Source of the DNA: an uncultured Actinomycetota bacterium | GTDB lineage: Bacteria; Actinomycetota; Actinomycetes; Propionibacteriales; Nocardioidaceae | Direction: 5' to 3' | Assembly: GCA_963827025.1 (NCBI GenBank) | Contig: CAWGZB010000005.1 | Coordinates: 711,471-775,470 of the forward strand | DNA: 64,000 nt | Shown: piece after piece, positions 1 through 12,109 of the stretch | How the letters are laid out: every line of letters begins with the position of its first letter | How positions within the stretch are numbered: position 1 is the stretch's first letter | The notes under the pieces: model-generated | What the model was told of the DNA's origin: nothing | Seen by the model: the letters and a program-made list of their open reading frames with translations, nothing else | Database searches by the model: none | Program-made: the position numbers and the translations under genes

Positions 1-187
1 ACAGCGCGGTCACCTCGACGTCGTCGCCCTCGGCGCGCTCCTTGATCTGCAGCGACTGCTCGACGGCGTACTCGTCGAGCTCGGAGAGCAGACCCGGGAC
101 GCCGGTCCGGTCCACGGTGTTGTCCGACTCGAACTGACGCTCCGCAGTGGCGTCGGGGACGTACTTCACACAGACGACAATGTTCAT
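1..187 (-). CDS. etfB: Electron transfer flavoprotein beta subunit (EtfB/FixA), N-terminal fragment; gene runs off the left edge
   Basis: Reverse-strand translation from ATG (185-187) reads MNIVVCVKYVPDATAERQFESDNTVDRTGVPGLLSELDEYAVEQSLQIKERAEGDDVEVTAL, the typical ETF-beta N-terminus. It is not in the ORF track because the window edge truncates it. Confidence 0.8.
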   Translation of the reverse strand, partial: MNIVVCVKYVPDATAERQFESDNTVDRTGVPGLLSELDEYAVEQSLQIKERAEGDDVEVTAL

Positions 188-356
188 CTCATTCGGCCCG
201 CGTGGGCCCCTCCTGGGTCTTGGGACGAAAGGGCGGGACAGCCCGCGAGGCAGGCGCCCGACAGGCAGGTTACCGCCGAGTCACATGGTCAGAAACCGGG
301 GTGCCGGGTGGGTTCAGTCACAAGAGCCCGACCACGGAGCGCTGGGTACGCCGGGC

Positions 357-731
357 TCAGCGGATCCGCTTCGGCTCGATCGCCTGGGCGAGGAAGCGAC
401 CGATGAGGAGATACACGATCGCCGCGATCCCCCAGTTGAGCAGCACGTTCTTCGACTCGGCGTTCTTGCCGCCGAAGTCGAAGATGCCGTCCTTGCGGCT
501 GAAGGGCCCCGAAATGGCCTCCGCGACGTCGGTCACGAACTTCACCAGCGGGTTGTCCTGGTTGATGTTCTCGCGCAGCACCACGAGCAGCACGCCCATC
601 GCCAGGATGGCGGCGAGCAGGCCGAACACGATGCGCACCACCCGCGCCACCTGCATGCGGACGTTGTCCTTGGCCGCCTGGTCACGCGCGGTCCGGTCCG
701 GCCCGGACTCGTCAGTCCTCACCTTTGGCAC
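357..731 (-). CDS. Small membrane protein, function unknown (two predicted TM helices)
   Basis: 3' part of ORF 357..1223(-). Hydrophobic stretches IVFGLLAAILAMGVLLVVL and LLNWGIAAIVYLLIG. GGGAGGA lies just upstream of GTG at 729-731; an alternative GTG is at 720-722. No family recognised. Confidence 0.5.
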   Translation of the reverse strand: MPKVRTDESGPDRTARDQAAKDNVRMQVARVVRIVFGLLAAILAMGVLLVVLRENINQDNPLVKFVTDVAEAISGPFSRKDGIFDFGGKNAESKNVLLNWGIAAIVYLLIGRFLAQAIEPKRIR

Positions 732-762
732 GGTTCCTCCCGATGGTGGTGTGGTGGTGGGC

Positions 763-1560
763 TCAGCGCCCCTCGAACTGTGCCTTGCCCGGCCCATTCT
801 GGACGAAGGACTCCATCCCGATCGAGCGGTCCCGCGTCCCGAACAGCGCAGCGAACTGCTGCCGCTCGATCTCCAGGCCGGTCTCCAGGTCGACCTCGAG
901 TCCCCGGTCGATGGCGTCCTTGGCCGCCCGGACGGCGTACGTCGCCGCGCCGGCGAACTGCCGCGCCCACGCCAGGGCCGTCTCGTAGACCTCCCCCGCA
1001 GGCACCACCCGGTCGACCATCCCGATGGCCAGCGCCTCCTCGGCCTCGACGAAACGCCCGGTGAAGATGATGTCCTTCGCGCGGCTGGGCCCGACCAGCC
1101 GGCTGAGCCGCTGGGTGCCGCCGGCGCCGGGGATGATCCCGAGCAGGATCTCGGGCTGTCCGAGGGTGGCGTCCTCGGCGGCGACCCGGATGTCGGCGCA
1201 CAGTGCGAGCTCGCAGCCGCCACCGAGCGCGTAGCCGTTGATCGCCGCCACGACCGGCTTGGGGATGCGGGCCACGGCCGAGAACGCCGTGGTCAGTCCG
1301 CTGGAGCGCTTGATCATGTCGGTGTAGGACATGTCCGCCATCTCCTTGATGTCGGCGCCCGCCGCGAAGACCCGCTCGCCGCCCCACACCACGACGGCCT
1401 TGACGTCGTCCCGCTCGGTCGCCTCGGCGGCGGCGGACCGGATCTCCTCCTGCACCTGGGCGTTGAGGGCGTTCATCTTCGGTCGGTCCAGCCGGATGGT
1501 GCCGACCCCCTCCTCCACCTCGAGGCGGACGAACTCCCTGCCGGTGTCGGTCATCTGCAT
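763..1560 (-). CDS. Enoyl-CoA hydratase (crotonase family)
   Basis: ORF 763..1668(-) trimmed to ATG at 1558-1560 (MQMTDTGREFVRLEV...). Crotonase signatures: IRLDRPKMNALN, VVWGGERVFAAGADIKEM, INGYALGGGCELALCADIRVA. Confidence 0.9.
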   Translation of the reverse strand: MQMTDTGREFVRLEVEEGVGTIRLDRPKMNALNAQVQEEIRSAAAEATERDDVKAVVVWGGERVFAAGADIKEMADMSYTDMIKRSSGLTTAFSAVARIPKPVVAAINGYALGGGCELALCADIRVAAEDATLGQPEILLGIIPGAGGTQRLSRLVGPSRAKDIIFTGRFVEAEEALAIGMVDRVVPAGEVYETALAWARQFAGAATYAVRAAKDAIDRGLEVDLETGLEIERQQFAALFGTRDRSIGMESFVQNGPGKAQFEGR

Positions 1561-1931
1561 CGCTCCTGGGGTCGGCTGCGCGGACGGTGGGTGCCAACCT
1601 ACCGATCCGGGGGCCGTTGACCGGCTGACCGGCGCCTTCTGACTTGGCACGGTGGAGCGCTCGGACACCCAGGCGAGCCTTGTCGCGGCACCTCGAGAGG
1701 TCTCCCACGACGTGCTGCTGCTCGCTCACCGACCTGCCGGCGTCCCGCGGTTGCGGGGTGACGGCCCAGACCGTCGCCGCGTCCGATTCCGAGGTTCGCC
1801 GTCGGGCACCCCCCGGGCACATGGCGATCACCGACGCCCGGGACGGCCGCTACCTGGTTCCCTGAACCGGTGGGCGCGGCTGAGATGATCTGTCGGTGAC
1901 ACCGGGGATGTGGTCCGAGGCGGGCGAGCGG

Positions 1932-4085
1932 ATGGCCGTGTGGCCCGGGCGCAGCTGGCCGTTGGGGGCCACCTGGAGCAAGGAGTCCACGAACTTCGCC
2001 GTGCACGCACCCGAGGCGACGGCGGTGTGGGTGTGCCTGTTCGACGAGGAGGGACGCGAGACTCGTCACGAGCTCTCCGAACGCACCCTCGGCATCTGGC
2101 ACGGCGCCCTCCCCGGCATCGCCGTGGGCCAGCGCTACGGCTTTCGCAGCAACGGGCCGTGGCAGCCGGACCGGGGCCTTCGCTTCAATCCCGCCAAGCT
2201 CCTGCTCGACCCCTACGCACGGGCGGTGAGCGGCGAGCTCGTGACCCACCCGGCGATCTTCGGCCACCAGGTCCGCTCCGACCTGCACCCGTCGCGCCTG
2301 CCCGACGGCTCCCTGGTGCGCGACGACACGGACTCCGCACCGTACGTCGGCCGGTCGGTCGTGGTGCACGACGACTTCGACTGGGGAGACGACGCCCCGC
2401 TGCGGCGGCGCTGGCGGGAGACGGTGCTCTACGAGCTCCACGTCAAAGGGTTCACCCGGCTGCACGACCGGATCCCCGAGGAGCTGCGCGGCACCTACGC
2501 CGGCCTCGGCCACCCGGTCGTGACCGACTACCTGCGCGAGCTGGGCGTCACGGCGGTCGAGCTGCTCCCGATCCACCAGTTCGCCTCCGAGCCGCGGCTT
2601 GCGGGGATGGGCCTGGCCAACTACTGGGGCTACAACTCGCTCGGGTTCTTCGCCCCCCATGCGGCGTACTCCTCCTCCGGCGACGGGGGGCAGCAGGTCG
2701 GCGAGTTCAAGCAGATGGTCAAGGATCTGCACGCGGCCGGGCTCGAGGTGATCCTCGACGTGGTCTACAACCACACCGCGGAAGCCGGTGCGGACGGACC
2801 GACGCTGTCGTTCCGGGGTCTGGACGACGTCGGCTACTACAAGCGGATCTCTGCGGAGCACGTCGACAGCACCGATCCGGACGGCTACTGGGACGTGACC
2901 GGGTGCGGCAACACCATGAACGCGGAGCACCCGGCGGCGCTGCGCCTGATCCTGGACTCGCTGCGCTACTGGGTGACCGAGATGCACGTCGACGGCTTCC
3001 GCTTCGACCTGATGTCCGCGCTCACCCGGGTGGGACCCGACGTGGACATGCACAGCCACCTGCTCACCACCATCGGACAGGACCCGGTGCTGAGGCACGT
3101 GAAGCTGATCGCGGAGCCCTGGGACGCCAGCGCCGAGGGTTACCGCGTCGGGGAGTTCCCGCCGCCCTGGGTGGAGTGGAACGACCAGTACCGCGACACC
3201 ATCCGCGACTTCTGGCGCGGGCACGCGGACGGCGGCGTACGCGACGTGGCCACCCGGCTCGCCGGATCCTCCGACCTCTACCTCGACGACGGCCGGTCAC
3301 CGTACGCCTCGGTGAACTTCGTGACCGCCCACGACGGCTTCACCCTGCGGGACCTGGTCTCCTACGACCGCAAGCACAACGAGGCCAACGGCGAGGACAA
3401 CCGCGACGGCAGCGACAACAACCGCTCCTGGAACTGTGGGATCGAGGGTGAAACTGCGGAGACCGACATCTTGGCGCTGCGGCACCGCCAGGCCGCGAAC
3501 CTGATCGCGACGCTCTGCCTGTCCAACGGGGTGCCGATGCTGGTGGCCGGCGACGAGCGCGGGCGCACCCAGCACGGCAACAACAACCCCTACGTGCACG
3601 ACAACGAGGTGTCCTGGGTGGACTGGCGGCCCGACGACGCGTGGCTGGACATCTACGACATCACCCGGGCGGCGCTGCGGATCCGGCGTGAGCACGAGAC
3701 GCTCACCCAGCGTCACTGGTTCGAGGGCCGCCCGACGATCGTGGGCGGCGGCCCCAAGGACCTGGCGTGGTACCACCCCGCTGGGCGCGAGATGGCTCCC
3801 GACGACTGGCTCGACGAGGACCTCCACACGCTGGGGATGCTCGTCTCCGGCCACCCGCTGCGCTCTCCCGGACCACGCGGCGAGCAGCAGTGGGACGCCA
3901 GCTTCCTGCTCTGGCTCAACGCCTCTCCGCACGCGTGCCCGGTGGTGCTGCCGGCCGGGCTGGGGACCTCTGGGGGCGTCGTGGTGCTCTCCACCGATCC
4001 CGCCCACGCCCTGGAGACCAAGCTCGACGCAGCCGACCCGCTCACCCTGGCCCCCCGCTCCCTGCTGCTCCTGCAGCACTCCTGA
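1932..4085 (+). CDS. glgX: Glycogen debranching enzyme GlgX (GH13)
   Basis: 729-aa ORF. N-terminus MAVWPGRSWPLGATW..STNFAV. GH13 motifs DVVYNHT, VDGFRFDLM, IAEPWD, FVTAHDGFTL. The start may instead be GTG 1896 or ATG 1908. Confidence 0.9.
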   Translation: MAVWPGRSWPLGATWSKESTNFAVHAPEATAVWVCLFDEEGRETRHELSERTLGIWHGALPGIAVGQRYGFRSNGPWQPDRGLRFNPAKLLLDPYARAVSGELVTHPAIFGHQVRSDLHPSRLPDGSLVRDDTDSAPYVGRSVVVHDDFDWGDDAPLRRRWRETVLYELHVKGFTRLHDRIPEELRGTYAGLGHPVVTDYLRELGVTAVELLPIHQFASEPRLAGMGLANYWGYNSLGFFAPHAAYSSSGDGGQQVGEFKQMVKDLHAAGLEVILDVVYNHTAEAGADGPTLSFRGLDDVGYYKRISAEHVDSTDPDGYWDVTGCGNTMNAEHPAALRLILDSLRYWVTEMHVDGFRFDLMSALTRVGPDVDMHSHLLTTIGQDPVLRHVKLIAEPWDASAEGYRVGEFPPPWVEWNDQYRDTIRDFWRGHADGGVRDVATRLAGSSDLYLDDGRSPYASVNFVTAHDGFTLRDLVSYDRKHNEANGEDNRDGSDNNRSWNCGIEGETAETDILALRHRQAANLIATLCLSNGVPMLVAGDERGRTQHGNNNPYVHDNEVSWVDWRPDDAWLDIYDITRAALRIRREHETLTQRHWFEGRPTIVGGGPKDLAWYHPAGREMAPDDWLDEDLHTLGMLVSGHPLRSPGPRGEQQWDASFLLWLNASPHACPVVLPAGLGTSGGVVVLSTDPAHALETKLDAADPLTLAPRSLLLLQHS

Positions 4086-4112
4086 AGCCTCGCCGACGGG
4101 ACGCTTCTGGGC

Positions 4113-6725
4113 TCAGGCGCCGTTCGCCGCGCTTCCGGCGACCGTGACCAGTCCCAGCTCCGCCGGGGAGACGAGGTCGGGGTGGTCGGGCAGCACCCGG
4201 ACGGTGTAACCGAAGGATCCGGCCCGGTCGAGCACCACGTGGCCGTCGAAGCGGTGCCGGCCGCCCTCATAGCTCTCGCCGAGCCGCAGCGCCGCGGCGG
4301 TGGTCTCGGCCAGGGTGTCGTCGCCGCGGACCGGTCCGTGGACGAGCTCGACCCGCACGTCCTGCGGCGAGAGCGAACCGAGCGAGACGAACACCCGCAC
4401 GTCCATGCCGCCCCCGATCTCCGGGGCGTCGGGAAGGCCTTCTGTCTCGACGTGGTCGAGGTGCACACCGTCCCAGCCGGCGACCACGCGCTTCTTCCAC
4501 TGGGCGAGCTCGAAGGCACCGTCGAAGGAGTCGTTCAGCGCCCGCGAGGACTGCGCGGCCGGGGCGTAGAGCTTCTCGACGTACTCGCGCACCATCCGGT
4601 TCGACAGGACCTTGGGGCCGAGGGACTTCAAGGTGTGGCGGACCATCTCGATCCACCTGTCCGGGACCCCGACCACGTCCCCGGAGCGGTCGTAGAACCG
4701 GGGCGCGACCTCCTTCTCGATCAGGTCGTAGAGGGCGTGTGCCTCGATGTCGTCACGCTGGTCGTGATCGTCGACACCGTCGGCGGAGGGGATCGCCCAG
4801 CCGTTGTTGCCGTCGTACCACTCGTCCCACCAACCGTCGAGGATGGACAGGTTGAGCCCGCCGTTGAGCGCGGCCTTCATGCCGGAGGTGCCGCACGCCT
4901 CGTAGGGGCGCAGCGGGTTGTTCAGCCACACGTCGCAACCGGGGTAGAGCGGCTGCGCCATCGCGATGTCGTAGTTGGGCAGGAAGACGATCCGGTGGCG
5001 CACCTCCGGGTCGTCGGCGAACCGGACGATCTCCTGGATGAGCTGCTTGCCGCCGTCGTCGGCCGGGTGCGCCTTGCCGGCGATCACCAGCTGGACCGGG
5101 CGCTCGGGGTCGAGCAGCAGCCGCTTGAGCCGCTCGGGGTCGCGCAGCATCAGCGTCAGCCGCTTGTACGACGGCACCCGTCGCGCGAAACCGATGGTGA
5201 GCACGTCGGGGTCGAGCACCGAGTCGATCCAGCCCAGCTCGGCCGGGGCAGCGCCGCGGCGGATCCAGGACCGGCGCAGCCGGGCGCGGGCGTCCTCGAC
5301 GAGCCGGGCCCGCAGGTCACGCTTGGTCGCCCACAGGTCGGCGGCCGGGATCTTGTCCACCACCGACCAGACGTCCGGGTGGTCGGAGTCGGTGTCGGTG
5401 CCCATCCGGCTGGCCAGCTCGAAGACCTCACGCCCGACCCAGGTGGGGGCGTGGACGCCGTTGGTGATCGAGGTGATCGGCACCTCCGCCTCGTCGAAGG
5501 CCGGCCACAGTCCTTGGAACATGTGGCGGCTGACCTGGCCGTGCAGCAGGGAGACGCCGTTGGCACGCTGGGAGAGCCGGAACCCCATCACCGCCATGTT
5601 GAACACCCCCGGATCGCCACCGTGGTAGTCCTCCGCGCCGAGGCCGAGGATCCGGTCGACCGGCACGCCGGCAACCGGGCTGACCGGCCCGAAGTACTGC
5701 TCGACCAGCTCACGGGGGAAGCGGTCGATGCCGGCGGGGACCGGCGTGTGGGTGGTGAAGACCGTGCCGGCGCGGGCCACCGCGAGCGCGGTGTCGAAGT
5801 CCAGCTTGGGGCCCTGCTCGTCCACGGTGAGCTCGCGGATCCGCTCCAGGCCGAGGAACCCGGCGTGCCCCTCGTTGGTGTGGAACACCTCGGGCGGCTC
5901 GTGGCCGGTGATGCGGCAGTAGGCCCGCACGGCGCGGACTCCCCCGATGCCCAGCAGGATCTCCTGACGGAGCCGATGCTCGGTGGTGCCGCCGTAGAGG
6001 CGGTCGGTGACGGCCTGGAGCTCTGCGCTGTTCTCCTCCAGGTCCGTGTCGAGCAGCAGCAGCGGCACGCGACCCACCTGCGCGACCCAGACGCGGGCGA
6101 CCAGCTCCTGGTCACCGGGCAGCGCGATCCGGACCTGCGCCAGTGAGCGGTCGGCCTCGCGCAGCGGCGTGATCGGCAGACCGTCGGGGTCGAGGACGGG
6201 ATAGGTCTCCTGCTGCCACCCGGCGCGGGAGAGAGACTGCTTGAAGTACCCGTGCCGGTAGAGCAGACCGACCCCGACCAGGGGGACGCCCAGGTCGCTG
6301 GCGGTCTTGAGGTGGTCACCCGCGAGGATCCCGAGGCCCCCGGAGTACTGCGGGAGCACCGAGGTGATGCCGAACTCGGGGGAGAAGTACGCGATCGCCC
6401 GGGGCAGGTCGGTCTGCCCCTTGGCCAGCTGCTTCTGGAACCAGCGGTCGCCGGTGAGGTACTGCTCCAGGTCCGCCTGGGCGATCCCCAGCATCCGCAG
6501 GAACTTCCGGTCGGTGGCCAGCTCCTGGAGCCGGGAGACCGGCACGGCACCCAGCGTCTTGACCGGGTCGTGCCCGCTCTCCCGCCAGATCTCCGCGTCC
6601 AGGCTCGCGAAGACGTCCTGGGTCTCGGGCTGCCAGGACCAGCGCAGGTTGAGCGCCAGGTCGCTCAGCGGGGCCAGCGGTTCGGGCAGGACGGGACGGA
6701 CGGTGAATCGACGGATAGCACGCAC
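4113..6725 (-). CDS. glgP: Alpha-1,4-glucan (maltodextrin/glycogen) phosphorylase, actinobacterial GlgP type (GT35)
   Basis: 870-aa ORF with GTG start. Motifs IAYFSPEFG, GGLGILAGDHLK, ITNGVH, and EACGTSGMKAALNG (PLP lysine context). Confidence 0.9.
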   Translation of the reverse strand: MRAIRRFTVRPVLPEPLAPLSDLALNLRWSWQPETQDVFASLDAEIWRESGHDPVKTLGAVPVSRLQELATDRKFLRMLGIAQADLEQYLTGDRWFQKQLAKGQTDLPRAIAYFSPEFGITSVLPQYSGGLGILAGDHLKTASDLGVPLVGVGLLYRHGYFKQSLSRAGWQQETYPVLDPDGLPITPLREADRSLAQVRIALPGDQELVARVWVAQVGRVPLLLLDTDLEENSAELQAVTDRLYGGTTEHRLRQEILLGIGGVRAVRAYCRITGHEPPEVFHTNEGHAGFLGLERIRELTVDEQGPKLDFDTALAVARAGTVFTTHTPVPAGIDRFPRELVEQYFGPVSPVAGVPVDRILGLGAEDYHGGDPGVFNMAVMGFRLSQRANGVSLLHGQVSRHMFQGLWPAFDEAEVPITSITNGVHAPTWVGREVFELASRMGTDTDSDHPDVWSVVDKIPAADLWATKRDLRARLVEDARARLRRSWIRRGAAPAELGWIDSVLDPDVLTIGFARRVPSYKRLTLMLRDPERLKRLLLDPERPVQLVIAGKAHPADDGGKQLIQEIVRFADDPEVRHRIVFLPNYDIAMAQPLYPGCDVWLNNPLRPYEACGTSGMKAALNGGLNLSILDGWWDEWYDGNNGWAIPSADGVDDHDQRDDIEAHALYDLIEKEVAPRFYDRSGDVVGVPDRWIEMVRHTLKSLGPKVLSNRMVREYVEKLYAPAAQSSRALNDSFDGAFELAQWKKRVVAGWDGVHLDHVETEGLPDAPEIGGGMDVRVFVSLGSLSPQDVRVELVHGPVRGDDTLAETTAAALRLGESYEGGRHRFDGHVVLDRAGSFGYTVRVLPDHPDLVSPAELGLVTVAGSAANGA

Positions 6726-6868
6726 CGGCCCACGCTAACCCAGACTCTTGGAACGATCCAACGAATCGCGCGAGCCCGGAAGGAACCGGTTTGCCCGGGA
6801 GCCGGTCCTGAGTCCGCCGGCGCTTCACGCCGTTTGCGCCCAGCCCCGGGATTCGCAAGTGTGGACAC

Positions 6869-8896
<2,028 letters not shown>

Positions 8897-8945
8897 ACAC
8901 CGCGACGGAACACGCTCTGCGCTCCGGTCTCGCCGGGAACGCCGC

Positions 8946-10712
8946 ATGAGCGCGCAGCCGGCGGACGCGGTCGAGCCTGCGCACGACGAGCAGCCCTTCC
9001 CCGACCACCCCGGCGACACCCCGGACTGGTTCAAGACCGCGGTGTTCTACGAGGTGCTGGTGCGCTCGTTCAAGGACGCCGACGGCGACGGCATCGGCGA
9101 CTTCCGCGGACTGACCGAGAAGCTCGACTACCTGCAGTGGCTGGGCGTGGACTGCTTGTGGGTGCCGCCGTTCTTCATGTCCCCGCTGCGTGATGGCGGC
9201 TACGACGTCAGCGACTACACCAACATCCTGCCCGAGGTCGGGACCGTCGAGGACTTCCACCACTTCCTCGACGAGGCGCACCGGCGCGGCATCAAGGTGA
9301 TCATCGACTTCGTCATGAACCACACCAGTGACCAGCACCCGTGGTTCCAGGCGAGCCGGGAGGACCCGGACGGCCCGTACGGCGACTTCTACGTGTGGTC
9401 CGACACCGACGACAAGTACCAGGACGCCCGGATCATCTTCGTCGACACCGAGCCTTCGAACTGGACGTGGGACCCGGTCCGCCAGCAGTACTACTGGCAC
9501 CGGTTCTTCTCCCACCAGCCCGACCTGAACTTCGACAACCCGAAGGTCCACGAGGCCATCAAGGAGGCGTTCCGCTTCTGGCTGGACATGGGCCTCGACG
9601 GCTTCCGACTCGACGCCGTGCCCTACCTCTACGAGCGCGACGGCACCAACGGCGAGAACCTTCCCGAGACCCACCAGTTCCTGCGCGAGCTGCGCTGCTT
9701 CGTCGACGAGAACTACCCCGGCCGGGTGCTCCTCGCCGAGGCCAACCAGTGGCCCGACGACGTCGTGCACTACTTCGGGGGCGCGTCGGACCCGGTGAGC
9801 GGCGAGTGGGTCGGCACGGAGTGCCACATGTGCTTCCACTTCCCGGTGATGCCGCGCATCTTCATGGCGGTGCGCCGGGAGAGCCGGTTCCCCATCTCCG
9901 AGATCCTCGAGCAGACGCCGCCCATCCCGTCGGGCTGCCAGTGGGGCATCTTCCTGCGCAACCACGACGAGCTGACCCTGGAGATGGTCACCGACGACGA
10001 CCGCGACTACATGTGGGACGAGTACGCCAAGGACCCCCGCATGAAGGCCAACATCGGGATCCGCCGACGCCTCGCTCCCCTGCTGGACAACGACATCGAC
10101 CGCATGGAGCTGTTCACCGCGCTCCTGCTGTCGTTGCCCGGTTCGCCGGTCCTGTACTACGGCGACGAGATCGGGATGGGCGACAACATCTGGCTCGGTG
10201 ACCGCGACGGCGTCCGCACCCCCATGCAGTGGACCCCTGACCGCAATGCCGGCTTCTCCATCTCCAATCCCGGCAAGCTGCACCTGCCGGTGATCCAGGA
10301 CCCCATCTTCGGGTACCAACGTGTCAATGTGGAGACTCAGCTCGACGACACCTCCTCGCTGCTGCACTGGACGCGCCGGATGATCCAGGCCCGCAAGCAA
10401 CACCCTTGCTTCGGCCTGGGCGAGTTCATCGACCTCGGGGGGTCGAACCCCTCGGTCCTGTCCTACGTCCGCGAACACGTCGACGCCCAGGGCAACGTCG
10501 ACACGGTGCTGTGCGTGAACAACCTGAGCCGCTTCCCCCAGCCGGTCGAGCTCGACCTGCGCCGGTGGGAGGGCGTGGTCCCGATCGAGCTGCTCGGCGG
10601 CGTCCGGTTCCCCGAGGTCGGCGAGCTCCCCTACCTGCTCACTCTCGGGGGGTACGGCTTCTACTGGATCCGTCTTCCTGCTCTTCCGGGGGCCCAAGGA
10701 GGACAGACATGA
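8946..10712 (+). CDS. treS: Trehalose synthase / maltose alpha-D-glucosyltransferase TreS
   Basis: 588 aa. Motifs [69 protein letters not shown]. The stop overlaps the next start as ATGA (10709-10712). Confidence 0.92.
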   Translation: MSAQPADAVEPAHDEQPFPDHPGDTPDWFKTAVFYEVLVRSFKDADGDGIGDFRGLTEKLDYLQWLGVDCLWVPPFFMSPLRDGGYDVSDYTNILPEVGTVEDFHHFLDEAHRRGIKVIIDFVMNHTSDQHPWFQASREDPDGPYGDFYVWSDTDDKYQDARIIFVDTEPSNWTWDPVRQQYYWHRFFSHQPDLNFDNPKVHEAIKEAFRFWLDMGLDGFRLDAVPYLYERDGTNGENLPETHQFLRELRCFVDENYPGRVLLAEANQWPDDVVHYFGGASDPVSGEWVGTECHMCFHFPVMPRIFMAVRRESRFPISEILEQTPPIPSGCQWGIFLRNHDELTLEMVTDDDRDYMWDEYAKDPRMKANIGIRRRLAPLLDNDIDRMELFTALLLSLPGSPVLYYGDEIGMGDNIWLGDRDGVRTPMQWTPDRNAGFSISNPGKLHLPVIQDPIFGYQRVNVETQLDDTSSLLHWTRRMIQARKQHPCFGLGEFIDLGGSNPSVLSYVREHVDAQGNVDTVLCVNNLSRFPQPVELDLRRWEGVVPIELLGGVRFPEVGELPYLLTLGGYGFYWIRLPALPGAQGGQT

Positions 10713-12109
10713 ACCCGCTTCCGCAGACCTGGCTCTCGCAGGTGCCCACCGAGGCGCTGGCCGAGTTCGTGGCCCACGCCCGGTGGTTCGGCGGCAAGGG
10801 GCGCGCGTTCGAGGTCACCGACGTACACGAGCTGCCGATCACCGACGACCTGGTCATCGCGCTCGCCACCGTGACCTACAGCGACGCCGCCGGTGGCGCG
10901 GACCTCTACCAGCTGCCGCTGTCGCGGTACGACGACCCGGTCGACCGCATCCATCACGCCCTGGTGCACGCCGGGCCCGAGGGGCACGTCTACGACGCCC
11001 TGCACGACCGGGTCGCCATGCACGTGTGGCTGGATCGGTTCGCCTCCGCCACCGACGAGGACCCCTCCGCCGGCACGGGACTGCAGTTCCGCCGGGTGGG
11101 CGACCACGCCCTCGACCTCGAGACCCACTCCACGCTCTTCCCCGGCGAGCAGAGCAACTCCTCGGTCGCCTTCGGTGAGGACTCGGTGATGAAGGTGTTC
11201 CGGCGGGTGACGCCGGGGCTCAACCCCGACATCGAGATCCATGAGGTCCTCACCCGGGCCGGCAGCCACGCCGTGGCTCGCCTCTACGGCTGGGCCGAGC
11301 TCGACGGCGAACCGGCCGGCGAGGGCGAGGCGCTCCAGCTGGCCATGCTCCAGCAGTTCCTGCGCACGGCCAGCGACGGGTGGGAGCTCGCGCTGGTCAG
11401 CGCCCGGAACCTCTTCGTGGAGGCTGACCTGCATGCCGACGAGGTCGGCGGGGACTTCGCCTCCGAGGCGCACCGGCTCGGCGTGGCCGTCAGCGAGGTC
11501 CACGAGCTGCTGCGGCAGCACTTCGGCACCGACCCCCTCGACGCAGCAGCCACCGCACGGCGCATGCAGGAGCGCCTCACCGAGGCGGTGGCGGTCGTCG
11601 ACCAGCTCGAGGAGCACACCAAGGGCGTCGCCGCCGTCTTCGACGACATGGCCGAGAGCACCGGCGAGGTCCAGCGCGTGCACGGCGACCTCCATCTCGG
11701 CCAGACACTGCGCACCTCGCTGGGCTGGAAGCTCGTGGACTTCGAGGGCGAGCCGGCCAAGCCACTGGCCGAGCGGCGGCTGCCGGACTCCCCCTGGCGC
11801 GACGTCGCCGGGATGCTGCGCTCCTTCGACTACGCGGCGCGAACCGCGGCTCGGGACTTCCAGGCCATCGGCGACGGCGACACCCAGATGAGCTACCGCG
11901 CGACCGAGTGGATCGAGCGCAACCGGGCGGCGTTCCTCGAGGGGTACGTCGAGCAGCGCCAGTCGCCGCTCACCCCGGAGGAGCAGACCCTGATCGCGGC
12001 CTACGAGGCCGACAAGGCGGTCTACGAGGTCGTCTACGAAGCACGCAACCGCCCCGCCTGGTTGGGGATCCCCCTCGAGGCGATTGCACGGATCGGAGGA
12101 AACCGGTGA
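10709..12109 (+). CDS. pep2: Maltokinase (Pep2/Mak), stand-alone and not fused to TreS
   Basis: In-frame ATG at 10709 inside ORF 10406..12109 ([32 protein letters not shown]). Kinase catalytic loop [11 protein letters not shown] and [10 protein letters not shown]. Position between treS and glgB matches the GlgE pathway. Confidence 0.85.
   Translation: MNPLPQTWLSQVPTEALAEFVAHARWFGGKGRAFEVTDVHELPITDDLVIALATVTYSDAAGGADLYQLPLSRYDDPVDRIHHALVHAGPEGHVYDALHDRVAMHVWLDRFASATDEDPSAGTGLQFRRVGDHALDLETHSTLFPGEQSNSSVAFGEDSVMKVFRRVTPGLNPDIEIHEVLTRAGSHAVARLYGWAELDGEPAGEGEALQLAMLQQFLRTASDGWELALVSARNLFVEADLHADEVGGDFASEAHRLGVAVSEVHELLRQHFGTDPLDAAATARRMQERLTEAVAVVDQLEEHTKGVAAVFDDMAESTGEVQRVHGDLHLGQTLRTSLGWKLVDFEGEPAKPLAERRLPDSPWRDVAGMLRSFDYAARTAARDFQAIGDGDTQMSYRATEWIERNRAAFLEGYVEQRQSPLTPEEQTLIAAYEADKAVYEVVYEARNRPAWLGIPLEAIARIGGNR

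Noticed and set aside
1561-1931. An unusually long (370 bp) non-coding gap lies between the crotonase gene and glgX. Small ORFs 1644..1865 and 1652..1888 were considered as genes or a pseudogene, and the gap as a possible sRNA or riboswitch.
   Set aside because: Third-position GC of these ORFs is clearly lower than in real genes here. The translations have no motifs, and I see no convincing conserved stem-loop or known riboswitch core. I leave it as a divergent promoter region. A covariance-model scan would be needed to exclude an RNA gene.
2536-2552. A 10-nt match (ggcgtcacgg) to the repeat-unit core lies inside glgX.
   Set aside because: It is short and lacks the flanking ACGCC palindrome half and the GATGTGC tail. 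It encodes the conserved LGVTAVEL motif of GH13 enzymes, so it is a chance match.
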